DNA from: Octopus sinensis
Taxonomy: Eukaryota
Direction: 5' to 3'
Length of the DNA: 64,000 bases
Assembly: GCF_006345805.1 (NCBI RefSeq)
Contig: NW_021831989.1
Span: 248,001 to 312,000 of the forward strand
Shown: in pieces, positions 48,988 to 59,238 of the stretch
Numbering within the stretch: position 1 is the first letter of the stretch
Layout: the number at the start of each line of letters is the position of its first letter
Made by a program: the position numbers and the translations under genes
The notes under the pieces: model-generated
Database searches by the model: none
Told to the model about the DNA's origin: nothing
What the model saw: the letters and a program-made list of their open reading frames with translations, nothing else

Positions 48988-49335
48988 TTTATAATCAACT
49001 CTTAGTTATAAATATATTTTTAAAATAAATTAAGTTAAATTGTAATTATTTTTTTAAACTAATATTAAACTTATCATGTTTGAGGTACTGTTTCTTATAC
49101 ATTTCATTAGAATATTTTATCAAAAATATTCACAACAACGAAAGGAAAATTAATTTATTTCAGTGTTTGCATTGCATCGCTTTCTCACTGGCGTTACTGC
49201 GAATGGAAAGATGTTCTATTTGACTCATTTTCAGACGAAAATTATGATTCTTCCTGATTATAATAAAACTTAGTGTTAATAATTTTATAAGGTTAAATGA
49301 ATCAATCAAATAATTTAAAGTGAATTCACTCTCTT

Positions 49336-52025
49336 TTAGAATTTTAGTTGTTGACATTTTTCATTAACTTTATTCCATAATGTCTGAGTAGGTTTTTCGG
49401 TAACGTTTTTATTTTTGATATTTTTTGGTTTATCTGAAAATTCCAAATCTCTAAAAATTTTTGATATTTTAAATAACGAGATTGAAGTTTGGGCAAAAAT
49501 TGAATGTTCAAAGTCATCAACGATTCTAAATTGCGATTAGATCTTCAAGTTATACTCAGAAATATCATTTTTCTTTATTGGAAGTAATTCCATTTCATTT
49601 GGCAAAAGTGGGCATTTAAATGAATTCGGCCTTTGACAATTTCTAAGCTAAATATACCACTGAGGAGAAGACTCGGTTGTAAAGGATTTGTCTCCGAAAC
49701 AATCAAATAACAGCGATTTTTTCGAAGCCCACTTTTTCCAATTTAATGTCAAATCTGAGTCACAGCCCTGATCACTGAGACCTAAAAATGGATTTTGATG
49801 ATATTCAAGAGTTGTCTCATCAAAAGGTTCTTCTCGCAAGTATGGAACTGTTGCACAATCGAACTTGGAATTTTTAAGTACAAAATGTACGAAATTCATA
49901 TCTTCGCTGTATCTATCTTCTTGGAATGAAAAAACTATATTATTTTTGTTTTTCTGATAAGAAAACTCTGTTTTTTGCTCACATTCAATGATCTATAAAT
50001 TATATATTTATTATTAACGTTTTTCATTGGTTTTGGAGTCGGCGTTACTGTGATCATATTTAATGAGTCTCCAAGAATTTGAAGACTTTCCCAGGGATAT
50101 TTAAGCAGTTCATATTGAACAGGAATCTAGAAAATATGTCAAATAATTACTTTCAAGTCGAGATATGGAATATTCTTAATTTGACCATGTTGAGGAGTCA
50201 GTTCAAGTTCATTCCAAGACATTTTAGTAATTTTATTTTCAAAATCGGAAAGTTCGGCGCAAAAATGAGGGAACTTTGGGCAGTGAAATCGATTATTATT
50301 TTTATAACTATCCAAAGGACTGTCAAAAATTGTCGGAGATTTTTTTCCTCCTACCACGATCACAGCTTTTTCCAAAGGCACTCCAGTTTTTACAATTTGT
50401 TTAAGTTCGGCGAATTTATTAAGAATTTTGTTTACTCTAATTCGACAAACAACCTATAATTAGTGAAGATTTATACTTTTCGAGCAGCTTGCACAAAGTT
50501 ATATCTTTGTTGAAACCTAAAATCCCAGGGGTTGTTTAATATTTCGTCAAAAATTGGCATCTTCTCAGAAATCTATTTTAATAAAGAATCAAATATTTGT
50601 CTTTACTTGATTTGCTTGTCTTAAAATTCGGTCGACTGACATTAACGATTTTTTCTTTAATAAATCTTCATCAGTCTGTTCTATTTGACGGGTTTTAATC
50701 TTTAAATAATTAAAATTTCAGTTTAAAATTAAAAATATTTACTAACTTTATAATTCAAATAATTGGTGTTTTGCAAAGCCATTGTCTCCTCGCGATATGT
50801 AGTGTTTACAGGTTTTTCTCCAAGTTTTATCATCCATTTTAGCCGACTTGTCTTCTCATTTTCTTCGTTTTGTCGAATTTTTCTAATAAAGCTGAGTTTT
50901 TTAGAGGGTTCTGGTTATTAATTACTATAAAATTACCCTCTAGGGATTGCTCCTTTAGATTGTTTTTATTTTTAGCCAATTTTGCAGTTAGCATGGCTGA
51001 AGAAGTCATTTTAAGTTTATTTTTAATCTCATTTATTTTACAAAGTTTTTTGCTCTTTGACAATTTTGAATATACGATTTACCGATTTAGAATCGTGAAT
51101 TGTAAAAGAAAATATTTTAGGCTTTCTTCTGACAATTATTTGTTTCTCGTCGCAAATTTCTCTAAAAAATAAATTCACAAGTTTACTGTGTTAGTAGTTC
51201 TTTGGTAGGGTTTCCAAAGAAGGTGCATATCATTGGCTTTTTATTTTCAAATTCCTTAAGTCTTAGACGAAGTTTGGCTATGGCAGTCGTCAAATCCAGA
51301 GGAGCATATCTAATTGAAAACTGGACTGTTTCATTTATTCCGAGTGTCCCTAAAACAGTTTTTTAATTCATCTACCGACAGAAGGCGAGAACGTAAAGGA
51401 CGGATGTAACTCCAAACTGATTATTTCAAATTCCAACTCTACGGGAGCAGGGTTTTTAAGAAGAATGGTTTTTTCGGAACTATGATTGATTTTAAAAATA
51501 TACGTAGTTCCAATGCATATTTTGGGGAATGTGAAATCACCATGAAATGAATCAAAATAAACAGAAGGGGAGCAATGTATTGGAATGATTATATTTTCTT
51601 CCTATTTATGGAATGCATATTAGTTGATTACTTGACAAAATATTCGAATTGCATCGTAATGGTACTTCCATTCGTTTGGTAGAAAAGTGACTTTTATCGT
51701 CAACACTGAACCAGGAATAAATTTTTTCTAAAAATATATTATCTTTATTACTATTTTTTTGTATTCGATTGAGAAATATGGAGTCAGAGGGTCGAGAATG
51801 TGATATATTTGTGTTTTTGAGGAATCGTTGATAATTTTTACTGTTTTTATAGTTTTTTTGCTTATTTCAAAATCATCAATTTCTAAAAGTTTGGGGAACA
51901 CTTTCAAATTGTCATTTCGACCAACACTGGTATAATTTTCTACAGAACTACTTTTATTAATTTATACGAGTTTCTAAAAGGTGATGGGGAACATGGTTGA
52001 TAATATTTTGTGTTTTAACGTCCAT
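49336..52025 (-). CDS. CFAP221: Cilia- and flagella-associated protein 221 (PCDP1; central-pair projection); 3' end approximate
   Basis: VPHHLLET, IPGSVLTIKVTFLPNEWKYHYDAIRIFC and IIIPIH...PVEFEF parallel PCDP1 [36 protein letters not shown] and PVDFEF. Confidence 0.8.
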
Positions 52026-52389
52026 CTTGTAGTTGCCTAGGACTATTTTTCATTATTCAAAAATAATCAAACGACATTGAAACAAATAATTAAATCAATT
52101 AAAAAGTCGCTAAATATTAATTTTCTAGAGAACATTTTTTTAATGTTCCACTTTTTAATTTTAATGCTTTTTTAATTACCAATCTATCACTATTTTCCAC
52201 TTTGCCTACACGGGGCATAAAAAATTTTTAATAGTTTTTGGACCACTTCATTTCCAATTTTATTTATAAATTTTTTTGCAAAAGCATATTTCGAATGAAC
52301 ATTGACAACAAAAAACAACCAAGAAAAATGATTATTTTCCAGATCCTGAAGATTTAGGTGTTTCATTCATCAACAATATGAGTTGAATC

Positions 52390-52740
52390 ATCACATTTTT
52401 TATTGATTAGAATTGGAAAATATCGCATTCTCTAACAACTTGTCGAATGATCTATCTTTTTATTATAAAAAATCTTCTACATAGATCTTCCAATGCATTG
52501 TGCCCACAATAATTGGCCTCATGAATCTCCCGAGCAATTATTTTAATTTCTTCTGTGCTCGTAAAAACAATTACGAGCTTTGTAGCCAGTTTACATCCTA
52601 GCGAAATAATTTCCCCTCGTTAATTAGAAAATTTTATACTTTCTTTTCGAGTCGATATTTTCTATTTTTGGCAAGATCAACCTCCACATTATTAAATAGT
52701 AATTTCAAATTATATTCATCTTGATCTTTCACAAACAAGC
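52390..52740 (-). mobile_element. Integrase zinc-binding-domain relic (Ginger/Gypsy-like)
   Basis: IAREIHEANYCGHNALEDLCRRFF...IRQVVRECD resembles the HHCC region; multiple stops. Confidence 0.4.
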
Positions 52741-53166
52741 TTAAAAGCAAAAGGATATATTTTATTTGAGGTTATGCAGATAAAATATGACGAATAATTA
52801 TTCTTGATCTTAAAAAATTAAGTTAATTTGTTATGTTAATCCAATATTAATTAACATTGACTGATCCCGGCTAGCACTCGGTCGCTAACAGCCTCATAAT
52901 ATTTTATGAAAATAATTAAAAAAGATCAAATTTTAAAAAATATAAAATGTTTAAAAGATAACATGAAAAATTATCAAATCAAACAAACTCAAAACATGTA
53001 TCCATTAATCGTGAAGATACGTTTACAAAAACAAAATGATAAAAAATTTGACGAGTTTTCTGGATCTTGTGCCGTAGAATTTGAATAAAAACTTTTAAAA
53101 TAAATACAAATCGTTCTTAATTCATACATAAATAAAAAACAAGTTTTATTGACAAAAAAAAGAATT

Positions 53167-54439
53167 TTAATGATTTTCTTGTTCGATAAATTCCGACAAA
53201 AGTTTAGAATCCAAAGCAACATATAATCTATCAGCATTATTCTGAAATAAACAAAAACAAAAAACTACTTTTCGTTTTTTGACAATCCCGTGGTCACTCA
53301 ATTCCGTCAAATGAGTATGGAGAGCCAATTCACTTCCAACTAAGAATTGTTGTCGACATAACTCATAAAGTTCTCGGACAATTACTAAAAATAAAAAAAA
53401 CACAAACCTCCATCATTTTTGTGACTGCAAATGATCGAGAATATTTTCCGAGTATTAGGAGGAAGGGACGAGAGGACAACCCGGATTTTATTTACCGCCG
53501 CAGAAGCACTGTGAGAATGTGTTAGCCACGGACATGATTTAAGTTCTTCGAAATAGTCCCGGTATGTTGTTACGTCATAATAAACGAAACAAAATTTATT
53601 CAGCATTATAATATCAAACACTTATAAAAATTATATTATAATTATATATTTACGTTAATTTAATAAATAAATAAAATATTACACAAAAATGAGTTGATGT
53701 GGTCCACCGTCGCTAAAACATGAAAATTATCAAGAGCCGCAAGTAAGGACATCAATTCAAGAACCGAAGAGTCCCCAATCCTCTCAATATTATTGACAAG
53801 AATATATAATTCCTCATCTCTACATCATAATCTACATTCCAACCAATATTTCTACTTTCCTGAGCTATAAAGCTCACCTGAGAAAATAAAGAACGAAATG
53901 ATTTAGTCGACTTTAAATACATCTGCACAATACAATTCAATAACTAAGCCCACAATACCTTGAAAGGGACAAACCTCCTTAAAACTGCCCTCGTAGGCGT
54001 TGAAGACGACATGTCGGTGGTCTCCGAGAAAGGCAATGCGGAAGTCCTCGAGGACCTCTCTTTTAGAGCCGTAGCCATAAAGGAGTAGATTGAAGCCAAA
54101 TCTACAAAATTAAAATAAAAATAACTTTAGTTCAAAATACCAACGTTCAAATAAATTGGAATATGAGGATATTAAGTGGTTTATTTCTTCTGAATATCTT
54201 TGACGCGATTTTGGGTAGTTTAATATCTCAGTAAGATCGATGTTTGACATTGAGGTGGTTAACCTATTCTTCTTTTGGCGGGATTTAAAATAGTCTTCAG
54301 CGGTGTTCTAATGATTAGTGTAATAATAAGACATTTTGAGTATCTGAGGAATTTAGGCTTTCATCAGAGTCTGAACTTTCTTTTAGTTTTTTATCTTTAG
54401 TAAAATTTAACAATTCAAATTACTAGGCAATTTTGGCAT
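53167..54439 (-). CDS. ORC2: Origin recognition complex subunit 2 with a short N-terminus
   Basis: TAEDYF, FGFNLLLYGYGSKREVLEDFR, DVTTYRDYFEE, VLSSLPPNTRKIF, LCRQQFLVGSELALHTHLTELSDHGIVK. Confidence 0.92.
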
Positions 54440-54708
54440 TTTTAAATGAATAGCCACGAGATACAAAAGAAAAATATTTTATTAAAATAAAAATAATCAT
54501 TTATAATAAATAAAGCTTAAATTTTTATTATTCTCTAAAAAAATCTATCACTATTTTGAATTTTTGCTATAAAATAAATAAAGGAATCCAAAGGGCAAAG
54601 AAGCATTCTTATTTAGAGCAAATAAAAATTATAAATTAAAAAATATTTTTAGATTATAATTAATAAATAAAAATTACCTATTTAAATTTTGTAGGTTTTT
54701 GTTATATT

Positions 54709-55337
54709 ATGGATTCTATTAACATTGTCAACGTAAATATACTCAATCCTGAGGCAAAATTAACTGATAGTTTCGAAATTGAAATCATGCTTGAATGCTA
54801 CGAGGAATTTCATTTCGATTTGGAGTGGAAATTGACATATGTAGGATCTCCCAAGTCTAAGGAGTTCGACCAACTCCTTGATTCAAGTGTGGTTGGCCCT
54901 ATTTCTGTCGGAAAACACATGTTCGTTCTAAAATCCGACGGCCCAGACCCTCAAAAAATTCCTCCCGAAGCACTCCCCGGATCGGCCGCCCTTCTTCTCT
55001 TCTGTACAATAAATGGGAAGGATTTTATTCAGATTGGCTATTTTTTGAATAACGAATATGAAGATTCTTCTCTGGCAGTCGAACCTCCACCAATTCCACT
55101 TCCTGATAAAGTTTGCTGTTTTTGGAATTTTAGATTGTTCGGTCTATTTTGGTTGATACCCCTCGAGTGACTCGTTTTGATCAGGGAATGGTTGATTTAC
55201 CATTACCGGAGAGAATACACGAAAGCAATTCTTTGGATCGAGATGGAGAAGTTGGCGATGAAAGTACAGAGGAGGATATTATAAATGAACCAATTATGGA
55301 TATTGATGGTAGTACAGAGGAGGATGTTGCTATTTAG
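54709..55337 (+). CDS. ASF1: Histone H3-H4 chaperone ASF1; one 23-nt intron
   Basis: LEWKLTYVGS, DQLLDSSVVGPI, FIQIGYFLNNEY, IVRSILVDTPRVTRF, acidic tail. Confidence 0.95.
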
Positions 55338-56249
55338 TGTTATTAATTTTCCCTATAATTTGTTTCTTCTATTCTATTCAAGTGTTTGATAATTACATAT
55401 TTATGTTACTTAACTTGATTTGTGTCAATATAGTTACTGATTAAGTGTGTAATTATTTTTTTAATGACTTATAACACTCTCAAAACACCTTCGTTAGTGA
55501 AATTATTTATGTAACTAATTTTCAGAATAAAAATTTTATTTTGAATTTTTTTAGTTACATTATCTCATGTGATTTGATGATTACTGTTTTCGTTGATATC
55601 TATTGAAAATGCGATTTTGTTTCTATAAAAATCTTAAAAGATTTTTTTTGCTTTTGTGATCCGACTTGGCGAAATCTAAGGATTTCAAGATATCGAGTCT
55701 ATTATAGTAACAAAAAGTTGGATGATGGAAAGCAGTTAGAACAGCCAGTTTTGCTGTAAAATTAAGAAACGATGATTGTTATAATATTAGAAACGGTGAG
55801 ACAATGTTTACTACTTTCAGGACTTCCCTAGAATAAAATGGGACAAAATACGCCGATTTTCACATAAAACTGTACTATTTGTACTAAAAATTAAAGCCAG
55901 TGAGGCCTCTCTCTGTAGAACATTAATTTTGTGATAAATATCTTATTTTTTGTCCAGTTTAAGAATCCTCTCCAATAATTCAAAAAATTTGATTCTTATC
56001 TTATCAAACACAAATAAATCAGGTTTATCATTCAAGGATGATTATTATCCTCTTAAAGAAGGACCACATTGTGTAGAACCCGATGTATTTGCTCGTCCGA
56101 ATAGAGCCCCACAAAGAGATATTCCTCCAACTGTTTGGCCTTATGAACAAAGAACACGACCCCATATCGGGGAGTCCTCAGTAAAGTATATAGCATATGT
56201 CGGAGACCCTGTCGACATAGACCACGCTCGATTAGGGACTCGGACACTA

Positions 56250-57875
56250 AAAGTCAGTTATGCAGTGAGTGAACTGGTTGCTAAGGTGGGGAAGCCACAT
56301 ACAATTGCAGAACGTCTGGTGAAGCCAGCAATGTTGATCTGTGCTAAAGAACTGCTAGGAGAACAGGCTGCCAACATTCTACAAAAATCCCATTGTCTAA
56401 TGACACAGTGAAGAGAAGGCAAATTGAAATGGCAGAAAACTCGAGAAACAGCTTGTGGAAAAATTAAAAGTTTCTAAGTTCTCACTACAAATTGATGAGA
56501 CAACAATCAACAATTCTGCCTTATACTTACTTATGTCCGATATATTGATGCAATGGCAATTCATGAGAAATGTTATTATAAAAAAGTTGATTGACACACG
56601 AAGCGACACACATATATGCGGCTGTTTACGACTATCTGTACGATAATGGGATCCCTCTGTCAAATCTGTTGCAGATTGCAACAGACGGTGCCAGCGCTAT
56701 GACGGCAAACAGAATGGCTTTGTAGCTAAATTAAAAAAAGTTGCCCCTCATATATTGGCAATTCATTGCATCATCCATCGAGAACATCTTTGTGCTAAAT
56801 CTCTCAATGATGACATGGAAATGCATTGAAAGTCGCTGTTTCAACAGTGAATTTTGTCAAAGCCAATGCTTTGCATGACCGCCTATTTCAACATTTATGT
56901 GAACATGAGGACCACCAGAGACTCCTCATGCACACTGAAGTGAGATGGCTTTCCAAAGGAAATTCCCTAGTTCGTCTTGCTGAAATGTGGGATATGGTTC
57001 TTATTTTGTTCATGACATGAAAACACAAGCTTGTAGCAAGAGCAGAAAGATAAAGCTGAGACTTTGTTTTCAGTGATAAATAACAACGATACAAAAGCAA
57101 GGATTTTTTTCCTGGCTGATATTCGCACATGTCAACAACTGAACATGACACTGCAAGGGCGAAATGCTAATCTGATAGATAGTGCTGAGAAAGTACGCTC
57201 TTTTTTGAACAAGTTATGTCTCTGGAAGATGCATCTTCAAAAAAATGAATTTGCTTATTTTTGTAATTGCCAAAACTGCTCCGAGCTCAGAAGTAATCGC
57301 AAGCTGCACTGACCACTTGAAATGCTTGAAAGAAGATATGACTAGAAGATTTAAAGATATCATCAAGAATCCGCCTAGTTGGATTATAGATATAGCACAT
57401 TTTGACGTTAAGTGAAAAAGACATTGATCCTATTATTGCTGGAGAACTTCTTGAACTGAAGGAGAACAAAGTATTAATGAAAAATATTGAAAGGGATGGC
57501 TTATATGGATGGATGAAAGTAGAATCGATTCATCCATTACTCTTTGAAAAAGTTGTTCCGTTTGTACTTGGCTTTCCACCACTTGGTTGGTTGAGACAGG
57601 ATTTTCTGCAACAAACGATTTACTCACAAAAAAACGCAATCAATTGCAGATTGAGAAGAGAGGAGACTTACGTTTGAGGTTGAACCAAGATCTGGAATTC
57701 AACTTGACAAATTGATAGATAGACATCAAGAGCAGTGTAGTCATTGACATTTTATAAGATTTTTTATGTTAATAAAAATACTTTTTTGTTAATCAAAGTT
57801 TTATTAAAGGCAATGGGCCTGAGATTTATATGACCCTGAAAATGGGCCTCAGGGAAAAAAGGTTGAGAAACACTG
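56250..57875 (+). mobile_element. hAT transposon (Charlie/Buster/ZBED8-like), degenerate
   Basis: KPHTIAERLVKPA, FSLQIDETT, IHCIIHREHL, LLMHTEVRWLSKG. The right terminal repeat ggttgagaaacactg ends at 57875. Confidence 0.88.
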
Positions 57876-58513
57876 CCTAGATGACATTCCGATGCTTGGG
57901 GTACTCTTTCTACGTTGCCGCGGGGAATCAGATCTCTCATAGGGGTTTTGATAAACCAATTAAAGTCCTCATACAGCACTCACACTACCCGCATATGCAC
58001 AGAAATCACACTTTAGCACTTCGGGGTACTTATTTGCACTACATAGGCGACAACCCTCCACTATTTTATTAATCACTCACTAGTCTATTTCCTTGCCTAA
58101 CAAAATGCTTAATGGCCCAAGTTCTTGGTTCTAGACAGAGGACTAACACCAATCGAGGCATGTTGTCACCCTGTAATATGGCCCTTTTAGCTTAACCTCG
58201 CCTAAATCGCATATGTTGTAGTGAAATTGACACAAATTTGATAAATCAAACGCAACTTGACTTTGCAAACACTTAACGATTTTTTGTTTCTAAAAATATA
58301 GTCTTTGTGTGAATTCAAGAAGGTTTAGTTTCTTGTTGTTTTTGAGTAAAAGTGTTTTTAGAATTTAATCAAATTTTTGAAATAAAAATACTTATTAATT
58401 AAATTTTTAAAATATTTTACATACAGTTGATTAATCTAATTTAAAATGATTTAAATCTATAATAAACGATTATTCGTGCTTATTTTTCATTTGCTATAAA
58501 TACAACTAACAAA

Positions 58514-58912
58514 ATGAAAAACGGTCAAATGGATAGAATGAAAATGTCAACATTAGAGAGAAGGCTAATATTTCAAAGTGGAAAAATTAACAATACTGTT
58601 TTATTTGATCCGGAATTTTTAATGTCGAGTAACACTTCACAAACTATAACTACCAATTGTTCAAAATGTAAGCACGCGAATGTAAAATGTTCTGGTAGCT
58701 TAATACAATTATTTATTAAAAATTTAGAATTTTTTAATCTCACCTTTCGAAATAAGATTCGACTTTTAAATCAAATAAGACAAGGACAGGGAGTTTTTGT
58801 ATGTACAGCACCAATTCAAAATAAATGCAGTAATGGGGATTTTCACTATTTTTCAATTTTATCAACTGAAAATAGAAAATATTTAGAAAAATCAGGATTC
58901 TACAACAAGTAA
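58514..58912 (+). CDS. Hypothetical Cys-containing protein; may splice onward to an open exon ending at about 59192
   Basis: 132-codon ATG-initiated frame in AT-rich sequence with CSKC and other Cys residues. No family recognised. Confidence 0.35.
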   Translation: MKNGQMDRMKMSTLERRLIFQSGKINNTVLFDPEFLMSSNTSQTITTNCSKCKHANVKCSGSLIQLFIKNLEFFNLTFRNKIRLLNQIRQGQGVFVCTAPIQNKCSNGDFHYFSILSTENRKYLEKSGFYNK

Positions 58913-59238
58913 TATTTATGGTCCTGATTATGCAAAATAAATTTTTCGTCTTTCTTAATTAGTTCTATCTTAAAATAGTAAAGAGATCTCATTTTCGAAA
59001 ACGTCGATTTTTAATAAAAGATCAAAAACAATTCAGACTGAGATACTCTGAATCCCCAACATTACACATAGATCTTCAGGAAGAAAATGAATTTCTAATT
59101 AACAAAAAAATATGCAAAGAATTCAAAAAATTAGAACGAATGCCAACTATTGATACATTAGTTTCTGAGCAAAAAAAGAGCAATCATAATTAAAAGCATA
59201 TAAAAATAAGTAAAACAAATGAACTGCACAACAACAAA

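Noticed and set aside
52032-52043. RFX X-box (GTTGCCTAGGAC) upstream of CFAP221
   Set aside because: It is two bases short of the consensus, only 7 nt from the ATG, and not found at the other ciliary genes.
52858-53100. Helitron 5' end (actgatcccggctagcactcggtcgc)
   Set aside because: Only a loose resemblance; no 3' hairpin-CTRR end was found.
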